A stretch of DNA of 64,000 bases. Source: Waddliaceae bacterium. Its GTDB lineage: Bacteria; Chlamydiota; Chlamydiia; Chlamydiales; SLFE01. The notes under the pieces are model-generated. The model did not search any database, was not told the origin of the DNA, and saw nothing but the letters and a program-made list of their open reading frames with translations. A program made the position numbers and the translations under genes. Positions 28,910-38,647 of this stretch are shown piece by piece (position 1 is the stretch's first letter; every line of letters starts with the position of its first letter). The stretch spans positions 1,792,001-1,856,000 of the forward strand of contig CAVYRW010000004.1 in the NCBI GenBank assembly GCA_963771045.1, written 5' to 3'.

Positions 28910-30542
28910 GTATCCGTTCACGGGGTAACTCTAGGAACGGCTACCGCCTCGCGCGCTACCCCACAAAAATAATAAAAATTTTATACGGCATAAAATAAGA
29001 TTTTTATTATTATTCTGGTTGTTCAAAACCACTTTATAACATGAAGCCAACCTACGAAGAACTCTTTGAAAAGCTGAATAAAGCCTTGGAGGAAATTGAA
29101 ATCCTCAAAAAGGAAAACCAGGCACTCAAGGCAAAAGTTAAGGAGCTCGAAGATAAACTCAACACCAACTCTTCGAATAGCTCTAAGCCCCCCTCGCAAG
29201 ATCCTTTCAGAGCTCAAAGAAAGAAGGAACCTACGGGGCGTAAACAGGGAGCACAAAAAGGTCATAAGGGCCACCCCCGTCAACTAGTTCCAATTAATCA
29301 GGTGCAGTCGCTGCATAACATAAAGCCGGACACTTGTCCGAACTGCCACTCCCACTCGTTTAATTCGGAGGTGGTCAGAACGGATGTACGACAAGTAGTG
29401 GAATTACCGGACGCTCCTCCGGAAGTTACTCAATACAACATTCACACCTGTCAGTGTAGCGGATGTGGTAAGCATGTAAAGGCTGATATTCCCGAAGAAG
29501 CGCGATTTGGTTTTGGTCCCCGATTAATGGGTTTCGTCACTTCTCTTTCAGGAGAGTTTAGATTATCCAAACGTCAAGTCTGTGCTCTAATGGGCAGACT
29601 CAATATTCGGATATGTTCCGGCAGCGTGTGTAAAATCCATGTCCGAGCTAGTCAGATTTTAAAAGCACCATACGAAGAAATTAGGACACACACTCTAAAT
29701 GAAGAACATATTTATGCCGATGAAACGAGTTGGAAAACGATGTCGGAAAAGAGATGGATTTGGGTCGGAAGCGGCAAGGAAACTGTGTTTTTCGCAATCA
29801 AGGCTTCACGCAGCAACAAGGCATTCCGCGAGATCTTTGGTTCTTTCAAAGGGGGTTTAACAACCGATCGCTATAATGCCTATAATTCGCATGAAGGTCT
29901 GCGACAACTTTGCTGGTCGCATGCAGATAGAGATTTTGAAAAGATTGCAGGCAGGGATGGATTTGATAAATGGATCGGGGAACGGTTGTTAGAGTGTAAA
30001 AAGTCGATATTCAATCTTTGGCATAGCTACAAAAACGGTGAGATTGCAAGGGACGAACTGATCGAGAAGATCGAAATAGGCCCAAAAGAAGATTTGAAAG
30101 TCCTCCTCAAAGCTGGTGCAATTCACAAAGAATGTTGCAATAAAACGAGGTCGACTTGCGCTGATTTTTTTGGACGGTTCGAGATGTTATGGGTATTTGC
30201 CTATCATGAGAATATCGAACCGACTAACAATACAGCCGAGCAACGTCTTAGAGGCGGAGTCATTTGGAGGAAGCTATGCTTTGGCTCACAATCAGAAGAA
30301 GGTGAGCGATTTGTCGAACGGGTGTTAACAGTTGGTATGACATTGAAGTTACGTGCTCAAAATTCGTTCGATTATTTTACCGAATGTTTTAAAGCATACA
30401 TTCATGGCGGACAAGCGCCGCCGATATTTTCAAAATAGAAAACGGTTTCCTACGACACAAATTCACGAGGTAGTTCTCGGTTAACAAAACGTGTTAGAAG
30501 TTTACGACTCCCCCTGGGGGGGGTACCCCCGTGAACAGATGC
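28910..30542 (+). mobile_element. IS66-family element, single-ORF (ISBst12-like) type, 1633 bp
   Basis: IRs GTATCCGTTCACGGGG / CCCCGTGAACAGATGC (14/16 match); no flanking duplication. Confidence 0.85.
29041..30438 (+). CDS. IS66 family transposase
   Basis: Coiled coil, NSSNSSKPPSQD, CxxC/CxC zinc finger, ADETSW, QLCWSH, EPTNNTAEQ; intact 465 aa. Confidence 0.93.
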   Translation: MKPTYEELFEKLNKALEEIEILKKENQALKAKVKELEDKLNTNSSNSSKPPSQDPFRAQRKKEPTGRKQGAQKGHKGHPRQLVPINQVQSLHNIKPDTCPNCHSHSFNSEVVRTDVRQVVELPDAPPEVTQYNIHTCQCSGCGKHVKADIPEEARFGFGPRLMGFVTSLSGEFRLSKRQVCALMGRLNIRICSGSVCKIHVRASQILKAPYEEIRTHTLNEEHIYADETSWKTMSEKRWIWVGSGKETVFFAIKASRSNKAFREIFGSFKGGLTTDRYNAYNSHEGLRQLCWSHADRDFEKIAGRDGFDKWIGERLLECKKSIFNLWHSYKNGEIARDELIEKIEIGPKEDLKVLLKAGAIHKECCNKTRSTCADFFGRFEMLWVFAYHENIEPTNNTAEQRLRGGVIWRKLCFGSQSEEGERFVERVLTVGMTLKLRAQNSFDYFTECFKAYIHGGQAPPIFSK

Positions 30543-30771
30543 AAATTTATGAAAATATTCGTGATAGAACACTAGAGGAAAATACCCTAATCTTGTAATA
30601 TAACCTTCATGAACAGAGCTATGGCCTTGAGCGGATTTCACACCCATCATAAAATATCACGGGTGAAAAAACCCCGCCGCGAAAAAAAAGTCGACAAAAC
30701 GGCGAAAAACCATTTCAAGAATCGCCAAAGGGTGGAGCCAAGGTCTCGGCAATCTCTTTTGGCTCGCGTTT

Positions 30772-31293
30772 TTAAATGTCTACTGCCCTGCTTTCCTTCT
30801 TGACTTGATCCAGCAGAGCCTTCCCGTCGCTAGAGAGCTCGGGATTGGCAACAGCCTTATTTTTGAGGAGAAGTTTTATCAGTGCCACATTTTTGGTTTT
30901 TTCAACAGCGGCCCAAAGGGGTGTCGCCTCAGCAGGAACGCTGATACAGCCATCGCATTCCTCAGACGTTGCTAGGTTGATATCGGCGCCTAGCTCGACC
31001 AGCACTTGAGCTGCGCGATATCCGCAACCAACGTCGGTACAAAGAGAAGCGCAAAACAGGGGCGTCCATCCAAATTTATTGCCTAAATTCAGAATTTTTT
31101 CCCTTCCTTTCCCTGCGATATGGCGTACCAACTGGGGATTGCCGTTGTATGCCGCAGTTCCAAGAGCAGTCCATCCGCAATTTCCTCCATGACTAAAAGA
31201 GTAGCCGGGAAACATTCTTACAAATTGATCGAAGTCCTTCGGGCAAATTTTTCCTGTTATGTGCTGACAAATCAAAGCAGCATGATTATTCAT
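30772..31293 (-). CDS. Ankyrin-repeat protein
   Basis: Three repeats: GWTALGTAAYNGN, GWTPLFCA...LVELGADIN, ATPLWAAV...LLLKNKA. Confidence 0.88.
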   Translation of the reverse strand: MNNHAALICQHITGKICPKDFDQFVRMFPGYSFSHGGNCGWTALGTAAYNGNPQLVRHIAGKGREKILNLGNKFGWTPLFCASLCTDVGCGYRAAQVLVELGADINLATSEECDGCISVPAEATPLWAAVEKTKNVALIKLLLKNKAVANPELSSDGKALLDQVKKESRAVDI

Positions 31294-31306
31294 ATATGAT
31301 CTCCTC

Positions 31307-32329
31307 TTAAGATTCTTTCACCCTCTCCCAGGCTTTGTGGTAAAGCAGGATATGATCCCCCACGTCTTCAAGAGGCTGAAGTTTTTCGAAAATGCTCTGG
31401 GAAGGGAAAATTCCGATTAATTTCAGTGTTTTTTCAGGTAAAAGCGGGTAGGCCGCTTTGTTGGGGATTCTTTCAAAAATACGCTTCATATTCTTAGCGG
31501 CCACTTCGGGCTGATAGAGAAAATTCATGAACTCATAGGCCAGGTCACTATCCTGCGCTCCTTTTGGTATGGCCATCTGATCGTAGGAGATAATCGAACC
31601 TTCTTTGGGAAAACTGAAGGCCACATCGAGATTTTCCTCGGCAACCTGCATCAAATCGCTGCTGTATCCCTGAACTATCAGAAACTCTGCCGTCGCGATC
31701 CCGTTTTTGTACTGCTCGTTTTCGAATTTGGCGATGTTTTTCTTCCATTTGATTAAAAGATCTGCTGCTTGTTCGATCTCGCTTTCGTTTATGGTATTCG
31801 GACTAAAGCCTAAAGTGATCAGCGCTATGCCAAGCGTTTCCCTTTCATCGTTCAGAAGTGTCATCCGCCCCCGGTACCGGCTGTTTCCATAGACTGTCCA
31901 GGAAGGCTGAAAGTCTTTGATGCGGTCTTGCCGATAGCCCAAACCGGTATAGGAAACGGCAAAAGGCACGCTGTATTGGAGCAGCGATTTTTCGATAGGC
32001 TTAAGCACACTGCGGTCCAAGTTCTTTAAATTGGGTATGCGGGCGGGGTCGATTTTTTCAAGCATCCCCTGTTTGGAGAGGATTTGTTCGTAGTAGTAAG
32101 TGGGAAAAATGAGGTCGTACCCTTTCGCTCCGGATCTTAGCTTCGAATAAAGCATTTCATTCGAATCATAGCTGTCGATCACCACGCGGCAATGGCATTT
32201 TCCTTCGAACTCTTTGATCACACCCGGGTCGAACATATCGGCCCAGCTGTATATATGAAGCTCTTTTTTCCCGTTATCGCAGGAGGCCAGACACAAAAGA
32301 AGCCATAAACAGAGCCAAAGACGCATCAC
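31307..32329 (-). CDS. potD: Spermidine/putrescine ABC transporter substrate-binding lipoprotein
   Basis: Lipobox LASC; LHIYSWAD, YDSNEMLYSKL, GYDLIFPT, PKEG. Confidence 0.92.
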   Translation of the reverse strand: MMRLWLCLWLLLCLASCDNGKKELHIYSWADMFDPGVIKEFEGKCHCRVVIDSYDSNEMLYSKLRSGAKGYDLIFPTYYYEQILSKQGMLEKIDPARIPNLKNLDRSVLKPIEKSLLQYSVPFAVSYTGLGYRQDRIKDFQPSWTVYGNSRYRGRMTLLNDERETLGIALITLGFSPNTINESEIEQAADLLIKWKKNIAKFENEQYKNGIATAEFLIVQGYSSDLMQVAEENLDVAFSFPKEGSIISYDQMAIPKGAQDSDLAYEFMNFLYQPEVAAKNMKRIFERIPNKAAYPLLPEKTLKLIGIFPSQSIFEKLQPLEDVGDHILLYHKAWERVKES

Positions 32330-33102
32330 GCCAAACTCTCCTTAGTTAAAAGCTGAGTGATCAAAGCCAATATAAAAGTAACAGATAAAACGATCGTCGA
32401 CAAGGCGTTGATGACCGGCGTCGCTCCGAACTTGATCATTCCGTAGACGTGAATCGGCAAAGTGCTCGTTCCGGGGCCGGCGACGAACGAGGTGACGATA
32501 TAGTCGTCGATCGATATCGTGAACGCCAATAGGGCGCCGGAAATGATGCCGGGAGCGAGCATCGGGAGTATGATCCTCGTTAAGGCAGACCAAAGCCCCG
32601 CTCCTAAGTCCTGAGCAGCTTCGACAACAGCGTAGTCGAAGTTATCAAGCTTGGCCAATACAACCATAGCCACATAGCTAATGCAAAATGTCGTGTGGGC
32701 AATGATAATGGTGACAAGGCCGAGATTGATCGAAAGGGAGATAAACAAAAGAAGCAGGCTCATACCCATCAAAATGTCGGGAACGACAAGCGGTGCATAA
32801 ACAAGCCCGTAATGGATGCGCTGCAACGCCGTCTGATAACGGTATAGAGCAAAGGCGCCCAAAGTCCCCATAAAACAGGAAGCAAAGGTGGCCGCCGATC
32901 CGATGATCAGAGTATTTCTGACCGCGGCCCAGATGTCGCGGTCCTGAAAGAGGCGAATATACCATTTAAGGGAAAAGCCGCTCCATTCATGGCCGAACCT
33001 CGATTCGTTAAACGAAGTTGCCATCAGGATAATGATCGGCAGATACAAAAACAAAATGACAAGAAAAGTGACAATTTTCGGAAACGTTCCCGTCTTCATC
33101 AA
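32326..33102 (-). CDS. potC: Polyamine ABC transporter permease
   Basis: FLYLPI...SFN, FSLKWY, EAAQDLGA, FTISIDD, P.INALST. Confidence 0.93.
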   Translation of the reverse strand: MMKTGTFPKIVTFLVILFLYLPIIILMATSFNESRFGHEWSGFSLKWYIRLFQDRDIWAAVRNTLIIGSAATFASCFMGTLGAFALYRYQTALQRIHYGLVYAPLVVPDILMGMSLLLLFISLSINLGLVTIIIAHTTFCISYVAMVVLAKLDNFDYAVVEAAQDLGAGLWSALTRIILPMLAPGIISGALLAFTISIDDYIVTSFVAGPGTSTLPIHVYGMIKFGATPVINALSTIVLSVTFILALITQLLTKESLA

Positions 33103-33968
33103 TGCCCCCTTTTCACACTATGGGATTTGCCGGCCCGGCCCTGAAGGACCGCCGCAATAACCAAAGGAACTAAAATAGACAGCGACAGAAAAGCCGACAA
33201 TGCGCTGGCAAGAGGGATATTCCTCTCGACAAATGTTTTTTGAACAATCTTATTACCGATCATTTCAGCATTCGTCCCCCCCACGATATCGGGAATGATA
33301 TAGGCGCCGAGCGCAGGGATGAATACCAAAAGAGTTGCCGCCATAATGCCCCGCCGGATCGAGGGGAGGAAAACCTTGAAAAAAGCCTTGAACCTGGTCA
33401 TTCCCAAATCCATGGCCGCTTCAAACAGATGATCGTCAAACTTGGAGGCCGCCGCGTAGATCGGCAGAATGGCAAAAGGAATATAACTGTAGACCATCAC
33501 AAGGATGACCGTCCAGGGATGGTAGAGAAGGATGGCGTTGCTCTTGACAATATGCAAGAAGACAAGGGCCTGTTTGAGAAATCCCTCCGGATGGAGCAAT
33601 ACTTTCCAGGCATAAATGCGAATGATAAAACTGCTCCAAAAAGGGAGGACGATGAGGAGAAGGAGCAGGTGCTTCCACTTGCTTTTCATCCTGGCAACGG
33701 CGAAACCGACAGGAAGGGCGAGCAGAAGGCAGAAGCTCGTAGCGATAAAGCTGATGAGAAACGAGCGGTAAATGATAATGAGGTTGCCGAAGCTGAAAAG
33801 GCTTTTAATCGTCTCCCATGTCCAGCCCGTACCGACGCCTCCATAGATCTCGGCCGGTTTGAAGGCAAATGCGTATACAATCAGAGTAGGGATCAAAAAA
33901 AACAGAGTCAGCCAAATAAAGGGAATAGCTGTAATGGAGCACTCGGATGATTTTGCCTTAACCCGCAT
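33099..33968 (-). CDS. potB: Polyamine ABC transporter permease
   Basis: LPFWSSFIIRIYAW, YSYIPFAILPIY, EAAMDLG; the likely ATG (33968) lies within a palindromic insertion. Confidence 0.92.
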   Translation of the reverse strand: MRVKAKSSECSITAIPFIWLTLFFLIPTLIVYAFAFKPAEIYGGVGTGWTWETIKSLFSFGNLIIIYRSFLISFIATSFCLLLALPVGFAVARMKSKWKHLLLLLIVLPFWSSFIIRIYAWKVLLHPEGFLKQALVFLHIVKSNAILLYHPWTVILVMVYSYIPFAILPIYAAASKFDDHLFEAAMDLGMTRFKAFFKVFLPSIRRGIMAATLLVFIPALGAYIIPDIVGGTNAEMIGNKIVQKTFVERNIPLASALSAFLSLSILVPLVIAAVLQGRAGKSHSVKRGH

Positions 33969-34115
33969 TTCTCGCCCCTCCCCGTGAAAGTTGCGCAAGC
34001 TGCTTGCCTTGTTTGCAAAAACTCGAAGAGCGGCCCAGTTGCAAAACTAAACCGGCGAGAGTTTTATGCAAAATCGGCAAAGAAGTTGTGCCACTTTGTG
34101 AGAAATACGGGTTAA
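33958..34115. repeat. 158-bp palindromic element (MITE-like) bounded by TTAA
   Basis: Arms TTAACCCGCATTTCTCGC / GTGAGAAATACGGGTTAA (16/18 match); nested stems AAAGTTGCGCAA/TTGTGCCACTTT and TTTGCAAAAACTC/GAGTTTTATGCAAA. Confidence 0.8.
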
Positions 34116-35290
34116 CCATCTCCCTCCTCCGATTCGTCGGTTTCCCCGACAGTTTCCCAGGGAAGCTCGGTCATTGACATATCCTCTTCGCTATACCTTT
34201 CAAGCATATAACCGTCATCGGCATGCCACCAGAGCCATACTTTTTCCTCCCAGGTTATCGGCTTGCCATCGAGGAGAAAGCGGCTGTTTGACTGCAATAT
34301 CGCGAAACGATAATCCTCGACCCTCACCCAATATTTCGTGTGGTCCCCTTTATAGACGATATCTTCGACCTCGCCCTGAAACACATTGTGCAGAGCATGG
34401 TTTTCGGGTTGTTTTCTAGAAATATGAATCTTTTCCGGACGGATGCTCATGTGGACAAGCTCGCCGATCTTCAGTTTCTTATCATTAAAGCAGGTCACGG
34501 TATGCGACAGCCCCTCCAGACTGATTTCGCTGTAGTCCTCGGAGCTTTTCTCGACCACTTTCCCGTCAAGGAAGTTTGTGTCGCCGATAAACGCCGCGAC
34601 AAAGCTGCTTTTGGGAGCCTCATAGAGCTCCATCGGAGAGCCGATCTGCTCGATCTTCCCCCAGTTCATGACAGCGATCCGGTCGCTGACAGCCATTGCC
34701 TCAGTCTGGTCGTGAGTCACGAATAAAAAGATAATGCCTACCTCGTCATGAATCAGGTCGATCTCCATTAGCATCTTCTGCCTCAGCTTGAGGTCGAGCG
34801 CAGAAAGCGGCTCGTCCAGAAGGAGAAGATTCGGCTGATTGATGAGGGCCCTTGCAATGGCGACCCTCTGTTTTTGGCCGCCCGAAATTTCAGCGGGTTT
34901 TTTGCTCCAGAAATCTTCCATTTGAATGAGGGAGAGCATTTTGTCCACTTCGCGATGAATCTCCTCAGAGCTTCGCCCCTTGACCCTCAGACCGAAAGCA
35001 ATGTTTTCCCAAACAGACAAATGCGGAAACAAAGCGTAGTTTTGAAAGACAGTATTGACAGGCCGCTTATTGGGAGGGAGGTAGGTGATATCTTGTCCAT
35101 TGAGAATGACCCTTCCCGAATCGGGCATCTCCAGGCCGGCGGCAATCCTAAGAAGCGTCGTTTTCCCGCATCCGCTGGAGCCGAGAAGGGAAAAAAACTC
35201 CCCGTCTTTGATTGTAAAGCTAACATTGTCAACAGCGGCAACATCTCCAAACTTTTTGGAAATATTCTGAAACTCCAGGATATTCGCCAT
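34112..35290 (-). CDS. potA: Polyamine ABC transporter ATP-binding protein
   Basis: GSSGCGKT, VNTVFQNYALFPHL, ISGGQKQR, LLDEPLSALD. Confidence 0.95.
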   Translation of the reverse strand: MANILEFQNISKKFGDVAAVDNVSFTIKDGEFFSLLGSSGCGKTTLLRIAAGLEMPDSGRVILNGQDITYLPPNKRPVNTVFQNYALFPHLSVWENIAFGLRVKGRSSEEIHREVDKMLSLIQMEDFWSKKPAEISGGQKQRVAIARALINQPNLLLLDEPLSALDLKLRQKMLMEIDLIHDEVGIIFLFVTHDQTEAMAVSDRIAVMNWGKIEQIGSPMELYEAPKSSFVAAFIGDTNFLDGKVVEKSSEDYSEISLEGLSHTVTCFNDKKLKIGELVHMSIRPEKIHISRKQPENHALHNVFQGEVEDIVYKGDHTKYWVRVEDYRFAILQSNSRFLLDGKPITWEEKVWLWWHADDGYMLERYSEEDMSMTELPWETVGETDESEEGDG

Positions 35291-35447
35291 ATATTTTCTC
35301 CCTCGAAAACAGCAGATAATCATAGCTGAAATTCATTAGATATGCAACCCGATTTTGAAATGTTTATTAGTAAAAATAAACTCTATTTTTGAACCTGGGA
35401 TTTTATTCTTTTTTTTAATAGTCTCCTTGTAAACAAGGGAGGTCGTC

Positions 35448-37475
35448 ATGATTTCAGGATTAAGGAAAACCTTCAGCCAGCAGCAAGATCAAGTCAAAAC
35501 GATTCAAGATGTTAACAATCGAGGTTTGTTCGTCTGTCACAAAGCAGCCCTTTTCAAAAAACGGGATTACTGGGAGAAGGAAACCTGGTGGGATTGTATT
35601 GGTCATATTGCAGAAGGGAGGATAAAAAAGAAACGAATTTCCCAACAAGATCTTTTGCTCTGTTATCTATTTGCGATTGCCATTGATCCTAAACGAAGCA
35701 CAGAAGACAAACAATCCCTTTTCTCAAAATGTCAGAAAAAAGAAGACTCTTACTATGCTTTGGGCAAAAAGCTTCCCGCTGTTATGAGCACGCATATTCT
35801 GCGCTATTGCACATCTGATGTATGGGAAGGTTCGTGTAAGCAGATTCTGAAATATCGTGATATTTCAAATTACGAAAAATTTTTTATCAAATGGATCAAA
35901 CAAACAGTTGTTAATAAGTGGACTCAAAAGGAAAAGGAGGCATTTTTAGATAGACTCTTCTCTTTTCTCCCATCTAAAACAAGCGATGAAATCCTTTATT
36001 ATTCTCTGATGTATCTTTCTGCAGATCTGCAAAAACAGCTCTCTGAATGCTGTCCGCATTTACTGGCAGAGCGGATTGAAAACTTAAAAAAAGAGGTGGC
36101 TCAATTTGGCCAGTTTACTCTTTTGGGGTTAGAATCAAAAAAGGAGCCTGTTCAAATTCCCTTCAGCGGGAATCAAAGGCAATATTTTCTTAACTGGTTT
36201 TACAATAACGCCCTCGACCAAAATGATGCAACGTTTGTCGCCATAGATTTTAATAAACAGGACTGGAAATCTTTCCCCCCTTCCATATGCCCTTACGCTA
36301 TGAAATGGATGACGGCGGCAGCTAATTCCCCGAGCTGCTCCCCACAATTTTGGCTATTCTTTCACTGTGCCTCTCATGCGATTGAAAAGGAAGACGGATG
36401 GAAAAAAATTTCTTCTAAGGCCTATCAAGAATTTTTCAAAGCTTTAACTGGAAAGATTCTGGCTAAATTCTTTAATGCGTTTCCTGATGCATTGCAAAAT
36501 AAGATTGTTGAGAACTTAACAATTGAACCAAAAAGTTGGCTTCAAAACATTCTAGAAAATTCAAAAGATGATTTTGATTCCGTTACCTTCTCGATATCAA
36601 GAATTTTCACTTTGATTTCAAAAAAAAGATCGTCTCAAGCAGCTATTGCTGCCATATTCGACATAAAACAAAACAACAACGCTTTTATGCTAACGACTTT
36701 CTGTTCATTGAGCATGGACCACCGCGAAGAAATTCTCAGGCATATTCTGTTTGATCGTGCTGCGGGAATCGAGACGCTAAGTCGGTGGGTTGAACTTTGG
36801 CTTCAAAAGGGAGGGCCCCTAAGACCCTATACAAAAGAGATACTCGCAAAAGATTTCTATACTCTTTTACAAAAAGTCGACCCTACAGTGGCAAGCGAAC
36901 TAAAAGACGCCCTGGCATCTACTAACGACCAGGAAATGATCAACTCACTTCTCCCTGTCGGCATCGATTTCGCGGATCCACTCGTACGTCAATCAAAAGC
37001 TATCAAAAACCTGAAACACCATTTCCTCGCAACTCAAATATCAGATCGAAATAGAGAGAATTTTGTTAGAAGTTTGCGGAAAGACTTAGAAGGAGAAGAG
37101 GAAGCTTCTCTCTGGCTTCCAAAATTGTTTAAACAACTTCCCAAGCAAACCTGGCCTCTTATTTTTGTCTATTTTGCAAAAGAGCTTCGGGCGTCGAGCT
37201 GGATGCCCGATAGGAAGGAATGGGTCAGTATTGCCCAGGAAACGCTGCCTCAGATGATTGATAATCCTTGTTTGGAAAACCAAAGACGCGCCCTTACTTG
37301 CCTTCCTGACGATGCAATGGAGAGTCTTTATCAAGTTGCCAATGACACTCAAAGCATCAAGGCGGTGATTCAGAAATTCATTGAGAAAGCGCCGCCTGCA
37401 CAAGTTATCCCAGTCATGAATCTCCTGGGACGAAACAATTTCTGGGTGATACGGATGGATTTAATCAACTCATGA
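35448..37475 (+). CDS. Hypothetical protein (675 aa, helical)
   Basis: Long AT-richer ORF with RBS GGGAGG; no recognisable motif. Confidence 0.8.
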   Translation: MISGLRKTFSQQQDQVKTIQDVNNRGLFVCHKAALFKKRDYWEKETWWDCIGHIAEGRIKKKRISQQDLLLCYLFAIAIDPKRSTEDKQSLFSKCQKKEDSYYALGKKLPAVMSTHILRYCTSDVWEGSCKQILKYRDISNYEKFFIKWIKQTVVNKWTQKEKEAFLDRLFSFLPSKTSDEILYYSLMYLSADLQKQLSECCPHLLAERIENLKKEVAQFGQFTLLGLESKKEPVQIPFSGNQRQYFLNWFYNNALDQNDATFVAIDFNKQDWKSFPPSICPYAMKWMTAAANSPSCSPQFWLFFHCASHAIEKEDGWKKISSKAYQEFFKALTGKILAKFFNAFPDALQNKIVENLTIEPKSWLQNILENSKDDFDSVTFSISRIFTLISKKRSSQAAIAAIFDIKQNNNAFMLTTFCSLSMDHREEILRHILFDRAAGIETLSRWVELWLQKGGPLRPYTKEILAKDFYTLLQKVDPTVASELKDALASTNDQEMINSLLPVGIDFADPLVRQSKAIKNLKHHFLATQISDRNRENFVRSLRKDLEGEEEASLWLPKLFKQLPKQTWPLIFVYFAKELRASSWMPDRKEWVSIAQETLPQMIDNPCLENQRRALTCLPDDAMESLYQVANDTQSIKAVIQKFIEKAPPAQVIPVMNLLGRNNFWVIRMDLINS

Positions 37476-38491
37476 TATCCGCCCTCGAAAAAATAAAAGC
37501 CGGCAAAAAGGCCTTCATAGCCAAGTGTTTGATGGAAAAAGGGGCCGATATAACAAGCCCTATTGACTTAGAAGTCCTCTTTTGGAAAAAGCCCTACCTT
37601 AAAAATGACAAGGAAAGAAGCGCGCTCGCCAAAACCCTCATCCAGGAGATGGATATTAAGTTCCTGAATTATTTTTACAATTCAAGAGTCCCAATAACAA
37701 GTATTGTTAAAAGCCTTAAGATTACCGAACAAGCCTATACTGAACAAATGTTCTTTAAATGGATAAATTCGCTTTGCGAAGCAAATGACCGCATAGACAT
37801 TAGATTCACGATTTTTCAAAAGATTTGCTCCTCATATTCCAAAGCAGGTATGGACATATTCAAACTGCTAAAACATAAAAATCTACAGAAGTCATTGCCA
37901 ACAATTCAAAATTGGTTTGCCCGGTCCTGCCTCATCGACAATCATCTCTTTATAAAAAAAACGGAGGGCCTGACTCTCTTAAAAGCTTTTAATGAACAAG
38001 AATTGTATCCCGCTGTATTTCGTAAAATCGAGGCAATCGTCAATGATTTATGCGTTTCATTTTATGATTTGGAGGTTCTCTTCACTTCTCTTGAGAAATT
38101 AAGATGCAAAGATGAATGTCTCCGTCAACTTTTCGAAAAACAAAAAGACGTTGCCGCAGCATTGAAAACCTGTTTCGAAAAGCATTTGCTTAAGTGTTTT
38201 TTTCTTCATAACATTCCTCAGGTTATTCGTTTAGTTTGCCAATTGATTCCTACTTGGAAGAAGTCCCTGATCGCCTGGACCAAGGATCAGATCAAAGTAG
38301 ACAAAGAGGTGTCGATACATTATGGCAGAGAACCTCGGCATGATGATATCATCGCCCTTTTCAAATCGCTTAATGAAGTCAACTTGTTGGACGCTTTCAT
38401 GAGCTTGCTCAAGTCGGATGCTTCGGAGGAATTGGCTCGCGATATCAATGTTGTTTACAGTCAATTTTCCAAAAAAAAGAATAAAAAATAG
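37472..38491 (+). CDS. Hypothetical protein (339 aa)
   Basis: Long ORF, ATGA-coupled to the upstream gene; no recognisable motif. Confidence 0.78.
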   Translation: MISALEKIKAGKKAFIAKCLMEKGADITSPIDLEVLFWKKPYLKNDKERSALAKTLIQEMDIKFLNYFYNSRVPITSIVKSLKITEQAYTEQMFFKWINSLCEANDRIDIRFTIFQKICSSYSKAGMDIFKLLKHKNLQKSLPTIQNWFARSCLIDNHLFIKKTEGLTLLKAFNEQELYPAVFRKIEAIVNDLCVSFYDLEVLFTSLEKLRCKDECLRQLFEKQKDVAAALKTCFEKHLLKCFFLHNIPQVIRLVCQLIPTWKKSLIAWTKDQIKVDKEVSIHYGREPRHDDIIALFKSLNEVNLLDAFMSLLKSDASEELARDINVVYSQFSKKKNKK

Positions 38492-38647
38492 CAAAAACAG
38501 TTTAAAAAACGTCTTTTTTTGTCTTCTTCTTTCTATTTTTTAAAAAATTTACTATCAATAATTAATCCCATTTTTACCCAAAATTAATAATAATTTAACA
38601 TTAAAATGCTTAAATAGAGATGAATTAAAAACAAAAGGATAGAAGAA

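Noticed and set aside
18453..30542. Composite transposon carrying tra genes
   Set aside because: The two IS66 elements are different types with different IRs, and the outer flanks share no duplication.
30609..30803. 64-aa basic ORF after the second IS66
   Set aside because: Short, no motif, and overlaps the convergent ankyrin gene; could be real but is unsupported.
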